Of a DNA stretch of 64,000 nucleotides, positions 9,598 through 19,784 are shown in pieces. Both the position numbers and the translations under genes were made by a program. The notes below the pieces were generated by a model, which ran no database searches, had not been told where the DNA came from, and worked only from the letters and a program-made list of their open reading frames with translations. Numbering within the stretch: the first letter of the stretch is position 1; each line of letters opens with the position of its first letter. The DNA comes from Limisphaerales bacterium (GTDB lineage Bacteria > Verrucomicrobiota > Verrucomicrobiia > Limisphaerales > JACDHS01), in NCBI GenBank assembly GCA_046597605.1, contig JBKJKE010000237.1, forward strand, positions 22,490-86,489, in the 5' to 3' direction.

Positions 9598-11067
9598 TTA
9601 AGCCAATATACCCTTTACCAATTCTCCATGCACATCGGTCAGACGATGGTGACGCCCTTGATACTTGAAGGTCAGCTTGGTGTGATCCACTCCCATCCGG
9701 TTGAGGATGGTTGCATTCAAGTCATGTACATGCACGGGATCACGGACGATGTTGTAGGAATAGTCATCGGTTTCACCGTAAACGACTCCCGGCTTTATGC
9801 CACCACCCGCCAGCCACATGCTGAAGCACCGCGGATGATGATCGCGGCCGTAGCTTTCTTTCGTCAGCGGACCTTGGGTGTATACCGTGCGACCAAATTC
9901 CCCACCCCAGACAATCAGTGTATCCTCGAACATTCCCCGTTGCTTCAAGTCGTTTATTAACGCAGCACTCGGCTGATCGGTGTCCCGACATTGACCCGGG
10001 AGCTGTCGCGGCACTGATTCATGATGGTCCCAGCCGATATGATACAACTGGATAAATCGCACATCCCGCTCCGCCAGTCGCCGTGCGAGAATGCAATTGT
10101 AGGCATAAGTCCCTGGCCTACGAGAATCCGGCCCATACATTTCGAAGGTGGACGCAGGTTCGCTGGAAAGGTCCGTCAAATCAGGGACCGAACTCTGCAT
10201 CTTGAAAGCCATCTCATACTGCGCGATCCGCGTGGCAATCTCAGGATCGCCATACTCCTGAAAATTCATTTCGTTCAATTTACCAATGTCATCCAGCATG
10301 GATCGACGCGATTTGGCGCTCAGTCCCGGAGGGTCTGTCAGATACAGAACCGGGTCCCCATTGGAACGAAACTTTACCCCTTGATAACGTGAAGCAAGGA
10401 AGCCGCTGCCCCACAGGCGGTCATACAACGGTTGATCCACTTTCCGCCCGGTGCCGCGCGAAATCATGACGATGAATGCCGGAAGGTTTTTGTTTTCGCT
10501 CCCGAGCCCATAGGCAAACCAGGAACCCATGCAGGGCCGACCCGCAATCTGGCTGCCGGTCTGAATAAAGGTAATGGCAGGATCGTGGTTGATGGCTTCC
10601 GTGTGCATCGATCGAATGATGCAGATGTCGTCCACTACTTTCGCGGTGTGCGGCAACAATTCGCTGAGCCACGCCCCGCTCTTGCCGTGTTGCGCAAATT
10701 TGAAGAGAGAGGGTGCGACCGGAAACTCCTTCTGGTTGGAAGTCATCCCGGTGAGACGTTGTCCTTTGCGAATGGAGTTTGGCAATTCCTCAGCAAACTT
10801 CTCTTTCAACCCCGGCTTATAATCGAATGTATCCATTTGCGAAGGAGCCCCGGACTGAAACAGGTAAATGATTCGCTTGGCCTTGGCAGCGAAGTGGGGC
10901 AAACCCGGCAACCCTGCATTGATGCCCTCTTGTGGGCCAGGAAGTGCAGCGCCGAAAAGGTTCGGATTCAACAAGGATCCCAAAGCCGCTGCGCCGATGC
11001 CGGTGGCTGCTTTTCCGAAGAATTGCCGCCGCGTGAGCATCAACTTGTGTTCTTGTTCCAGGTTCAT
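9598..11067 (-). CDS. DUF1501 family protein (sulfatase/alkaline-phosphatase-like, Tat signal)
   Basis: 489 aa. Twin-arginine leader [17 protein letters not shown] and a DUF1501-like core. It starts 3 nt after the stop of the upstream DUF1553 protein. Confidence 0.85.
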   Translation of the reverse strand: MNLEQEHKLMLTRRQFFGKAATGIGAAALGSLLNPNLFGAALPGPQEGINAGLPGLPHFAAKAKRIIYLFQSGAPSQMDTFDYKPGLKEKFAEELPNSIRKGQRLTGMTSNQKEFPVAPSLFKFAQHGKSGAWLSELLPHTAKVVDDICIIRSMHTEAINHDPAITFIQTGSQIAGRPCMGSWFAYGLGSENKNLPAFIVMISRGTGRKVDQPLYDRLWGSGFLASRYQGVKFRSNGDPVLYLTDPPGLSAKSRRSMLDDIGKLNEMNFQEYGDPEIATRIAQYEMAFKMQSSVPDLTDLSSEPASTFEMYGPDSRRPGTYAYNCILARRLAERDVRFIQLYHIGWDHHESVPRQLPGQCRDTDQPSAALINDLKQRGMFEDTLIVWGGEFGRTVYTQGPLTKESYGRDHHPRCFSMWLAGGGIKPGVVYGETDDYSYNIVRDPVHVHDLNATILNRMGVDHTKLTFKYQGRHHRLTDVHGELVKGILA

Positions 11068-11069
11068 GG

Positions 11070-14000
11070 CTATTGCTTTGTAACTACTTCGTCGAGGTTC
11101 AGGATGACGCTCGCCACGGTGGTGTAGGCGGCAAGTTCTGAGGAATTCAATGCGGCGTTGGGCTTGGAGTCACCCAGAGTGAGGAATTTCGTAGCCGCAC
11201 TTTCGTCGCCTTTGAATTCAGCAAGGCGCCGTTCCAAGCCAGCTTTCAGGACCGTTATTTCCGCCTCTTTAGGTTTGCGGGCGGTTGCCAGCAGGAAGCC
11301 ATGAGCTATGCGCTGCTCAATCGAGGATCCGCCCTCCACCAACATGCGTTGCGCCAGCGCCCGGGCTGCTTCCACGTAAGTCACATCATTCAACAATGCC
11401 AAAGCCTGCAATGGCGTTGAAGTTCTCGAGCGCGACACCGTGCAAATCTCACGGGTTGGCGCATCAAAGGTCGACATCGCCGGCGGGGACACGGTTCGTT
11501 TCCAGAAGGTATAAAGGCTGCGCCGGTATAAATCTTCCCCCGTCCCCTGCTTGTAAGTGGCGAACCCGGTTCCCTCCGGTCCTGCCGCAAGCTCCTCCCA
11601 CAAACCGGTCGGCTGGTATGGTTTTACGGCAGGTCCACCCATCTTCTCCGAAAGCAAACCGGAAAGGGACAGCGCCTGGTCGCGAATCATCTCCGCGCCC
11701 AGCCGCAACCGCGGCCCGCGTGTCATCAGGATGTTCCCGGGATCACGTTCCAACAACTCGGGGGAAACACGTGAGGACTGACGATAGCTGGCGCTCATCA
11801 CGATCAGTTTCTGCATCGCTTTCATGTCCCAACCGCTCCGCATGAATTCTGTTGCCAGCCAATCGAGCAATTCCGGATCAGTCGGCTGATCCCCTTGCAA
11901 CCCAAAGTTCTCAATGGACTTCACCAGCCCGTTGCCGAAGTAAGCGGCCCAAAAGCGATTCATCGTGACACGTGCCGTGAGCGGATTTTCCGGCGAGACG
12001 AGCCAGCGAGCCAGACCAAGACGATTGGTGGGCGCGTCTGATGGAAGCTGCGGCAAGATTGCGGGGACAGCCGGAAAAACACGCTCCCCGGGTTGATCGT
12101 AAGCTCCCCGGACAAGAATGAAGGCCGGCCTCACTTCTCCCTCCTGTTCCTGCATCACCATGGTGGAGGGAATATCTTCGTCGACGTTTTTGCGCTCACC
12201 ATTGAGCTGCGCCATCTCCTCCGAGAGGCGTTGATATTCCGGCTGATAGGACAGAAAATATTCCCGAGCCATCTTCACATCTGCCTCGGTTCGCTTCGGC
12301 ACCGGTTTGTTTCTGAAGATTCTGGCTAATAGTGGGTTAAGCGTCGGGTGCTCGTCGTCGGTGACGGTCAGCCGGAATTTTCCAATCTGAGTCTTGCCGG
12401 GGTTGTTCTGGGTCAGCTTGAATTTTAGAGCCGCCCCTTTCGGCAAAGTGAATGGCGACTTCACTTCAAAAAACGCGGTGGTTGCCTCGCCGTTGGTTGA
12501 CACCGCGCTCCATCCGCCAATCCCGTTCGAACGTGGAGATAAGAGGAGCGATGCTTTGAAACCGGCCAGTTCGCTGCTGGCGTTTACCTTTCGAAATTCA
12601 ACCGGCTTACTGCTTCCGTCCGGGTTCGTAAGTTCCACCGAAAAGGAGTGCAAAACAAACTTTCCATCCGCACTTCGGCCCAGCTGATTACTGCTCCCGG
12701 TAATCGGCAATACATCCAGCCGAATTCCAGTTATGTTGGTCACTTCGGTCTGCCCCACAACCACGTAAGTATCTGTCTCGGCGATATCTCCTTCCGCCAC
12801 GATCGAAGCATCTTCCAGGCTCCTCAGAGTTGGCTTCCCACTCTCCGCTTTGAACTCACTTAGCTTCAGTGTGCTCCAAACTGGCTCGTTGGTAAGAACT
12901 TGTTTCTCCCAGTCGTTCTGCTGTCCCTTCAATACGGTGACCAACTCATCCATCTTTTTCTGTTTCGTCCCTATCTTCGTGTCGAGGACCGCCAGTTTTG
13001 CATCGAGCTCCGGAACCGGGAGTTTCAGGGTCGGTTTCGTGCTGACCACATTATTGCGTTGCACGTTTGAGCGATCCACTGCCCGCTCAGCAATGTTGTT
13101 GAAGAACGCAAACATGCTGTAGAAATCTTTGGCGGTGAGCGGATCGTATTTATGATCGTGACAGCGCGCGCAGCCCAGGGTCAGCCCGAGCCAGACCGTG
13201 GCCGTCGTATCAACACGATCGATGACCTGTTCGGCGAAGAATTCTTCGGCAATGCTTCCCGCTTCCATGTTGATCCGTTGATTTCGATGGAAACCGGTCG
13301 CGATTTTTTGGTCCAACGTCGGAGTGGGTAAAAGGTCTCCGGCGATTTGTTCAATGGTGAACTCATCGAATTTTTTATTCTCGTTGAACGCTTGGACGAC
13401 CCAGTCCCGCCATGGCCACATAACCCGTTCGCGATCTACCTGGTAACCATGTGTATCGGAGTAACGTGCGAGGTCGAGCCAATCGACTGCCATGCGCTCG
13501 CCATAACGCGGCGAAGCCAGCAAACGATCGACCACCCGTTCGTAGGCATTGGGTGACGTATCTTCCTGAAACGCCTGGAGTTCCGACGGGGTCGGAGGCA
13601 ACCCCGTGACATCCAGGGTAACGCGTCGCAGGAGCGTCGCTTTGTCTGCTTCCCGTGAAGGTTTCAATCCTTCCGTTTCCAGGCGGGACAAGATGAAATG
13701 ATCAATCCCATTACGGGTCCACCCTTTGGCCTTTACCTGGGGAAGTTCTGGATGCCGGGGTTTTTGAAAGGCCCAATGTTCTTCCCATTTAGCCCCCTGC
13801 CCTATCCATTTCTTGAGGGTTTCCTTTTGCGCGACCGTCGGTTGCCGGGGGTAATCCGGAGGGGGCATCTGCTCATCGGGATCTGTTGAAAAAATTCGCT
13901 TAACGATTTCGCTCTCGTCCGGTTTACCCGGCACTATCGGGAATCTACCCTTCCGCTCTGCGAAAATGCCTTCCCTGGTATCAAAGCGCATCTTCGCTTT

Positions 14001-14219
14001 ACGCGTGGATTCATCAGGCCCGTGACAGTGGAAACAATTGTCAGAAAGGATCGGGCGAATATCACGGGTGAAACTGACCTGCGCAGAATTGTTCGCCGGC
14101 TTTTTAGTTTCTGCATTCACTGTCCATGCCATGCTCACCAAGGCGCACAGAATGACCGAGCTGGTAACAACCTGTCTGATGAAACGTTTGATCACGAGAA
14201 TTCGGCTGTAAATTACCAA
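11070..14219 (-). CDS. PSCyt / DUF1549 / DUF1553 domain protein (planctomycete cytochrome-c-like)
   Basis: 1049 aa. N-terminal CFHCHGPD motif, a [11 protein letters not shown] box and a long C-terminal DUF1553-like region. It is the canonical partner of DUF1501. Confidence 0.85.
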   Translation of the reverse strand: MVIYSRILVIKRFIRQVVTSSVILCALVSMAWTVNAETKKPANNSAQVSFTRDIRPILSDNCFHCHGPDESTRKAKMRFDTREGIFAERKGRFPIVPGKPDESEIVKRIFSTDPDEQMPPPDYPRQPTVAQKETLKKWIGQGAKWEEHWAFQKPRHPELPQVKAKGWTRNGIDHFILSRLETEGLKPSREADKATLLRRVTLDVTGLPPTPSELQAFQEDTSPNAYERVVDRLLASPRYGERMAVDWLDLARYSDTHGYQVDRERVMWPWRDWVVQAFNENKKFDEFTIEQIAGDLLPTPTLDQKIATGFHRNQRINMEAGSIAEEFFAEQVIDRVDTTATVWLGLTLGCARCHDHKYDPLTAKDFYSMFAFFNNIAERAVDRSNVQRNNVVSTKPTLKLPVPELDAKLAVLDTKIGTKQKKMDELVTVLKGQQNDWEKQVLTNEPVWSTLKLSEFKAESGKPTLRSLEDASIVAEGDIAETDTYVVVGQTEVTNITGIRLDVLPITGSSNQLGRSADGKFVLHSFSVELTNPDGSSKPVEFRKVNASSELAGFKASLLLSPRSNGIGGWSAVSTNGEATTAFFEVKSPFTLPKGAALKFKLTQNNPGKTQIGKFRLTVTDDEHPTLNPLLARIFRNKPVPKRTEADVKMAREYFLSYQPEYQRLSEEMAQLNGERKNVDEDIPSTMVMQEQEGEVRPAFILVRGAYDQPGERVFPAVPAILPQLPSDAPTNRLGLARWLVSPENPLTARVTMNRFWAAYFGNGLVKSIENFGLQGDQPTDPELLDWLATEFMRSGWDMKAMQKLIVMSASYRQSSRVSPELLERDPGNILMTRGPRLRLGAEMIRDQALSLSGLLSEKMGGPAVKPYQPTGLWEELAAGPEGTGFATYKQGTGEDLYRRSLYTFWKRTVSPPAMSTFDAPTREICTVSRSRTSTPLQALALLNDVTYVEAARALAQRMLVEGGSSIEQRIAHGFLLATARKPKEAEITVLKAGLERRLAEFKGDESAATKFLTLGDSKPNAALNSSELAAYTTVASVILNLDEVVTKQ

Positions 14220-14256
14220 CGAATCCCTCGGTTCCCCAGAAAAAACGTTCTTAGAC

Positions 14257-15741
14257 TCAACTGAAAATCAAAAAACAAAGGACCGCGATTACCGTCGGAG
14301 CCAGTGCTCCCAAAAAAAGCTTCACAGGCGAGACTCCATCTGGAAAAAACTTGGACAAGATAGATTGCCCGGCGGGGTTTGGTGCATTGGCTATGACCGT
14401 CAATCCTCCACCGGCCAGAGCTCCCGCCATGACAGCGTATTTCAGCTCCGGACTGAAACTCGGCACTAACGACGCGAGATAGGTAATGGCCGCATTGTCA
14501 TTGAAACCGGTCAACACGGTCGCTCCCAGCAGGAGCGGAATCTTGTCGAGCCTGCTCAGAACTGGTTCAAGCCACCACCCCTGTAAACCTCCATGCACCA
14601 CCAGCCCCGCAAGGAAGAAGCCGACCATCAATGGCTGGCGCAGACGCAGCTCATTCTGGTGATGCTCCGTTGCTTCGCTGAACGCCAGGTAAAACAAGAA
14701 TCCACCAATGAAAAAACTGGGGTAATGACTATTCAGAACGGTCCAGGCAAGAAACACGATGTGGACCGCCGTGATCCAGAATGGAATCGGGTCATTGCGG
14801 TTCTCCCGAATATCCGCCGCATCACCATCCGAAGTAACGGCGGGCAACATGCGCGCAAATTCCTTACGAAAAATAAAGTAATAGAGACAATTGGAGGTGA
14901 CGATTGCCAGGACCGCTTTCCAGCCGAAAGTTGTGAGCATATGAGCCGTTCCCCATCCCCACTTCCCTGCCACCATCAGAACGGGAGGCGCGGCAAAGTT
15001 GGTCAGGACTCCCCCAATGGAAACGTTCACGAAAAGTAAACCGAGGGTGGCATAGGCGAAGGTTGCACTTGGCTTGCGGTCATAAAACTTTTGCCCGAGC
15101 AGGATTGCACCAATCGTCATGGCAGCCGGTTCCGTGATGAATGAACCAAGAACAGGAGCAACCGTTAGGATCGATAGCCACCATGCCGCCGCTGATTGCT
15201 TTCCAATTCGTGCGACACCCGACATCAGTTGTTCAGCAAACCGGAGAATCGGTCGGCTGGCGGCAATCGCCATGATAACGACCACGAACAACGGTTCCGT
15301 GAAATTTAATCCAGAGTGGAAATAATGTTTGGCGCTCGACCATCCTTTCGAAATCGTAATCGCAATCAATAAAGGAATAATCCAAATGCCGAAAATTGCC
15401 TCGACCTCGCCCAGGAAATGAAAAACCTGTGCCCGGAATGACACTTCATCCGAGCCATTGGTCCGTTCCCTGTGTTCCGCCTCGTAACGATGGGATAGTT
15501 TTGTAAAAAACGGCGCGAGAAATGTGTGCAGGATCGCGAGGATGAAAATGACAGTAGCAACAAGGTTGAACGGTTCTTCCTGAAACCGACTCGTCAATAC
15601 CGTGACGATGGATGGGCTATTAGTTACCGCATACTCCGAAAGAGGACGAGGGAAGTGGGCACCGGCAGCAGGCTCAGACGCCAGACAGGATATCCCTGCC
15701 GTGAAACAGGTTGCCAGGATCGGTGCTAAAAATCGTCTCAT
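14257..15741 (-). CDS. polytopic membrane transporter, DUF1504-like putative Na+/H+ antiporter
   Basis: About 494 aa from M30 of the tracked ORF (MRRFLAPILATC). More than 10 predicted TM helices. The HFLGEVEAIFGIW segment resembles my memory of the Na_H_antiport_2 family. The function is not secure. Confidence 0.5.
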   Translation of the reverse strand: MRRFLAPILATCFTAGISCLASEPAAGAHFPRPLSEYAVTNSPSIVTVLTSRFQEEPFNLVATVIFILAILHTFLAPFFTKLSHRYEAEHRERTNGSDEVSFRAQVFHFLGEVEAIFGIWIIPLLIAITISKGWSSAKHYFHSGLNFTEPLFVVVIMAIAASRPILRFAEQLMSGVARIGKQSAAAWWLSILTVAPVLGSFITEPAAMTIGAILLGQKFYDRKPSATFAYATLGLLFVNVSIGGVLTNFAAPPVLMVAGKWGWGTAHMLTTFGWKAVLAIVTSNCLYYFIFRKEFARMLPAVTSDGDAADIRENRNDPIPFWITAVHIVFLAWTVLNSHYPSFFIGGFLFYLAFSEATEHHQNELRLRQPLMVGFFLAGLVVHGGLQGWWLEPVLSRLDKIPLLLGATVLTGFNDNAAITYLASLVPSFSPELKYAVMAGALAGGGLTVIANAPNPAGQSILSKFFPDGVSPVKLFLGALAPTVIAVLCFLIFS

Positions 15742-16085
15742 TTGATCGCGCAATGAAGCACGTGCCAGACTCTTTGTAGAAGCGGTGCGGATTTGCTCCC
15801 GACCGGGGCCTACCAAGGGAAATGACACGCATCATTGCATTTCTGCAATTCAATCGCTGAATGGCGGCCCGACCATTCAAAAACCTCCAGGCACACACGC
15901 ACCTGAACCCTTTTTTCGTTCGGCGGCAAGCTAGCCTCGCAGCGGCTGAAAATAAACAAAAAATGTCCTGAAGGCGAAGCAAACGTCCTGGCCACCCAAC
16001 AGTATGGGATCAGAAACGCTGGCCAAACGGCGCAAATCCCGGCTAGACACTTCTCCTAAAAACCGGCATAACCATATGCATAAGC

Positions 16086-17054
16086 ATGCTGCATAATTAT
16101 TCAGACGATCAAGTCCGCCTTGCAGCACAGCTTTATTACCGGGACGGACTGCCCCAGGCGGAAGTCGCAAAATTCACAAATGTTTCCCAGGCTAAAGTTT
16201 CTCGGTTGCTTTCTCTCGCCCGTGAACGTGGCATCGTGCGGATCACGGTGGAAGAATACCAACCTCGCGATCTGGAATTGGAATCTGCGATCAAGCGGCA
16301 ACTCGGCATCGGGACTGTAGCTGTGATCAAGACGGCGCAGGACCTGTCCGCTGCGGATCTTCGAAGAACCGTCGGGCACTTTGCCGCTCAATTTGTGGCG
16401 ACACTGCTGAAGTCGGAAAGTGTCGTGACCATCTCTGGTGGACGAACCATGCGGGAACTGGTCTTCGCCCTTCCCCAGGGTGGTAACAAACAAGTTACGG
16501 TGGTGCAGGCGATGGGGAGCGTGGATTCCAGTGTTAGCCCCGTAGATGCATTGGAACTTGGCCGCACACTGGCCCAACGTTTTGGTGGAACGTTTCTCAC
16601 GTTGAACACCCCGGCCTTTGTTCCGGATAAAAAGACTCGTACAGCTTTTCTTCAACTCGAACAGATTCAAGACATACGGCGCCGCCTGAATCGGGCCGAG
16701 ATAGCTTTGGTTGGTATCGGCACATTGCAAAATTCGGTGTTCGCAGAAAGAGGCATTTTGGAACGCAAAGATGTTGCTGAACTGAAGGACGCCGGAGCGA
16801 TCGGCGAAGTTTGCGGACGTTTTTTTGATGCCCAGGGCAAAGAATGTCAGACCGAGTGGAAAGACCGCGTCATCAGCATCGATTTTGAGCAGTTGCGAAA
16901 GATCCCCCAGGTGGTTGGGATCATTGCGGGAAGTGATCGCACGGAAGCAATTCGCGCAGCAGTTAAGGGCAAACTTTTGAAATCCCTTGTCATAGATGAA
17001 ACAGGTGCCCGCGCACTGCTCCAAGATGACAAAAAGAAGAATCACAAATTATGA
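16086..17054 (+). CDS. SorC/DeoR(Bsu)-family sugar-phosphate-binding transcriptional regulator
   Basis: 322 aa. N-terminal HTH (QAEVAKFTNVSQAKVSRLLSLARERGIVRI) followed by a SorC-type effector domain. Confidence 0.85.
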   Translation: MLHNYSDDQVRLAAQLYYRDGLPQAEVAKFTNVSQAKVSRLLSLARERGIVRITVEEYQPRDLELESAIKRQLGIGTVAVIKTAQDLSAADLRRTVGHFAAQFVATLLKSESVVTISGGRTMRELVFALPQGGNKQVTVVQAMGSVDSSVSPVDALELGRTLAQRFGGTFLTLNTPAFVPDKKTRTAFLQLEQIQDIRRRLNRAEIALVGIGTLQNSVFAERGILERKDVAELKDAGAIGEVCGRFFDAQGKECQTEWKDRVISIDFEQLRKIPQVVGIIAGSDRTEAIRAAVKGKLLKSLVIDETGARALLQDDKKKNHKL

Positions 17055-18004
17055 AAACTCAATTCCTCACACTACTCCTCGGCATGACATCGCTCCTGAC
17101 CGTGGCTGCTGATAAGCAGGCCTCCGTCCCAACGAAAGCAAAGTGGAACGTCACGGAACATGTCCCCCTCGATAAATTCATCCTCCAGAGTCATCGCGGG
17201 GCGGGTGTGCTCTCGCCCGAGAACACCACTGAAGCGTTCGAGCTCGGATGGAAGTTGAAGACTTATCCAGAAGCGGATATTCGCACGACCAAAGATGGGG
17301 TGATCGTCGCCTTTCACGACGCAAACTTCAGCCGCGTGGTGAAAGGGGCCAGCGAAGAATTAAAAAAGAAAGGTGTTCAGGATCTGACTTTCGCAGAGCT
17401 GCTCAAACTGGATGTGGGAGCATGGCATGGCGACAATTTTCAGGGCCGCCGGGTTTGCAAGATGTCAGAGATTTTCGAACTGATGCGCAATCGGCCTGGG
17501 CGACACCTCTACCTCGACATCAAGAATGTGGATTTGAAGAAACTCTCCGACGAAGTGAAGCATGCCGGTGTTTCAAAACAGGTGATTCTGGCCAGCCCGA
17601 AGCCGGAACAGATTCGGGAGTGGAAATCGTATCTCCCTGATTCCGGAACGCTGCTATGGATGAGCGGGGATGAACCAACAAGACGCGCACGCATTGAACA
17701 GCTCAAGAAAGAAAACTTCGCCGGGATTACCCAACTACAGATCCATATTCATCCCAACACAAAGAAGGAGAGCTCTGACCCGTTCCTCCCGTCGAACGCC
17801 TTCATTATTGAAGTTGGAGACGAACTGCGAAGTCGCGGCATTCTCTACCAGGCACTTCCCTACATGGACGATCGAACCGCTTACGCTACCTTGATGGACC
17901 TTGGTCTTGCCTCCTTTTCGACCGATTATCCGGATACCACGCTGCAGGAGATTCGCTCGTATTATCAAAAGCATGGAAAAGCAGTTACGACCAGTCGCCG
18001 TTAA
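17051..18004 (+). CDS. secreted glycerophosphodiester phosphodiesterase family protein
   Basis: 317 aa. Signal peptide MKTQFLTLLLGMTSLLTVAA and the GDPD boxes HRGAG..SPENT and AFHD. Its start overlaps the sorC stop by 4 nt. Confidence 0.8.
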   Translation: MKTQFLTLLLGMTSLLTVAADKQASVPTKAKWNVTEHVPLDKFILQSHRGAGVLSPENTTEAFELGWKLKTYPEADIRTTKDGVIVAFHDANFSRVVKGASEELKKKGVQDLTFAELLKLDVGAWHGDNFQGRRVCKMSEIFELMRNRPGRHLYLDIKNVDLKKLSDEVKHAGVSKQVILASPKPEQIREWKSYLPDSGTLLWMSGDEPTRRARIEQLKKENFAGITQLQIHIHPNTKKESSDPFLPSNAFIIEVGDELRSRGILYQALPYMDDRTAYATLMDLGLASFSTDYPDTTLQEIRSYYQKHGKAVTTSRR

Positions 18005-18025
18005 GTTTCTCCTGACTCACACCAA

Positions 18026-19378
18026 ATGAAATTCGCCACCCGCAAACTGACCCTCGCTGAAGCTTTAAGTTCCGCTCGAGAAACTCGCTCCCTCGAGATT
18101 GGCAAAAACAACCTGCATAAAACCGAGGCCTTGTTCCGCAAACATTTTACGGGAAGGACTGCGGTGATCGTGGCGGATCAATATACGCTACCAATCGCCG
18201 GCGACGCTGCGATGGACGCAGTTGCAAAAGGCGGACATGCAGTTGAAAAGCCTTTCGTCTTCACAGATCCCGATCTCTATGCCGAATACAGTTACGTCCA
18301 AGACCTCGTGGACTCTTTGCAAAAACACGACGCTATCCCGATTGCAGTTGGCTCGGGCGCAATCAACGACATCGTAAAACTTGCCGCGCATAACACAGGT
18401 CGTCCTTATATGTGTGTAGCAACCGCGGCTTCCATGGACGGTTATACTGCTTTCGGTGCATCGATTACGTTCCGTGGTTCGAAGCAGACGTTCAACTGCC
18501 CTGCCCCCACGGCTGTCCTCGCAGATATTGAAATCATTCGCAATGCGCCAGGCCACATGACCGCTTCGGGATACGCCGATCTTCTGGCGAAAATGACTGC
18601 CGGTGCGGATTGGATTGTGGCGGATGCGTTAGGCATTGAGGCGATCGATGAACAAGCTTGGAACATCGTTCAAGGAGGGTTGCGTGATGCATTGCGAAAT
18701 CCAGCTGGCGCCAGTGCCAAAGATGAAACTGCTATCGGACAACTTACCGAAGGCCTGATGCTCGGTGGGTTCGCCATGCAATGGTCCAAGTCCAGCCGAC
18801 CGGCCAGTGGCGCAGAACACCAGTTCAGCCATCTGTGGGATATGCAGGACCACACCCATAACGGGCACGCTCCCTCTCATGGGTTTAAAGTGGGAATTGG
18901 AACGCTCGCGGTTGCGGCTCTATACGAACATTTGCTCCAACAGCCGATTGAGAAACTTGATGTAGATCAGGCGTGCGCTGCGTGGCCGGATCTTTCGACA
19001 ATTGAAAAGCGCATTCGCAGCGTTTTCGCCGGAAGCGATTTCACCGCGAAAGCCATTGAGGAAACGTCGGCCAAATACATCAGCAGAAACGATCTCCATG
19101 TTCAATTGAATGAACTGAGGTCCAGGTGGCCGCAGATCAAATCCGATCTTAAGGAACAACTCCTGCCCCACTCTGAGTTGAAGCTGATGTTATCCGCAGC
19201 AGGAGCACCAACAGAGCCTGAGCAGATCGGCATCTCCCGCCAGCGTCTTCGCGACAGCTTCGAGCAAGCCTACTATATCCGACGCCGCTTCACAGTTTTA
19301 GACCTGATCATGACAGCAAACCTGCACACCTCCAGCATGGAGGCGCTGTTTGGACCTCGCGGTGTTTGGCCCGTTTGA
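18026..19378 (+). CDS. sn-glycerol-1-phosphate dehydrogenase family protein (AraM/EgsA-like, Fe/Zn-ADH superfamily)
   Basis: 450 aa with GSGAINDIVK, ASMDGYTA, SRPASGAEHQFSHLWDM and HGFKVGIG. These line up with my memory of B. subtilis AraM (SRPASGGEHHISHW, HGAKVG). Confidence 0.75.
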   Translation: MKFATRKLTLAEALSSARETRSLEIGKNNLHKTEALFRKHFTGRTAVIVADQYTLPIAGDAAMDAVAKGGHAVEKPFVFTDPDLYAEYSYVQDLVDSLQKHDAIPIAVGSGAINDIVKLAAHNTGRPYMCVATAASMDGYTAFGASITFRGSKQTFNCPAPTAVLADIEIIRNAPGHMTASGYADLLAKMTAGADWIVADALGIEAIDEQAWNIVQGGLRDALRNPAGASAKDETAIGQLTEGLMLGGFAMQWSKSSRPASGAEHQFSHLWDMQDHTHNGHAPSHGFKVGIGTLAVAALYEHLLQQPIEKLDVDQACAAWPDLSTIEKRIRSVFAGSDFTAKAIEETSAKYISRNDLHVQLNELRSRWPQIKSDLKEQLLPHSELKLMLSAAGAPTEPEQIGISRQRLRDSFEQAYYIRRRFTVLDLIMTANLHTSSMEALFGPRGVWPV

Positions 19379-19382
19379 CGTT

Positions 19383-19781
19383 ATGGAACCACGAATCAGT
19401 TTTATCACTCTGGGCGTTTCGGACTTGAAGCGGTCGACAGCGTTCTACTCCGAAGTTCTGAAACTTCCGATCAAGCAGGCACTGCCAGAAGTAACCTTTT
19501 TCGAACTGGGCAAGACCTGGCTCGCTCTCTATCCACGCGAACTGCTGGCTGCCGATGCGGGAGTGTCGGCGGAAGGTTCCGGCTTCCATGGTTTTGCCCT
19601 GGCCCACAATGTCTCGACCGAGAATGGCGTGGACGAGTTGCTGCGCGAAGTCGAAGCCGGAGGTGGTCGCGTAGTGAAGCCCGCAAAAAAAGCGGATTGG
19701 GGTGGCCGCTCTGGTTACTTCGCTGATCCTGACAATTTTATGTGGGAAGTAGCCTGGAACCCTCAATTTCCGCACGTATAA
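19383..19781 (+). CDS. VOC (glyoxalase/bleomycin-resistance fold) family protein
   Basis: ISFITLGVSDLKRSTAFY...FFADPDNFMWEVAWNP. I moved the start to the ATG at 19383, which removes the overlap with the upstream gene. Confidence 0.75.
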   Translation: MEPRISFITLGVSDLKRSTAFYSEVLKLPIKQALPEVTFFELGKTWLALYPRELLAADAGVSAEGSGFHGFALAHNVSTENGVDELLREVEAGGGRVVKPAKKADWGGRSGYFADPDNFMWEVAWNPQFPHV

Positions 19782-19784
19782 CCT

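Noticed and set aside
10432-11127. Long antisense ORFs within well-supported genes (10432..11127, 21589..22170, 22640..23263, 24965..25765, 38742..39362, 47584..48213, 51895..52455 and others).
   Set aside because: Each lies opposite a gene with strong family motifs. The translations are low-complexity or arginine-rich, as is typical of shadow frames in moderately GC-rich DNA.
16101-17045. A 314-aa ORF antisense to the SorC regulator gene.
   Set aside because: The plus-strand product has a clear HTH plus SorC domain. The antisense product has no recognisable features.
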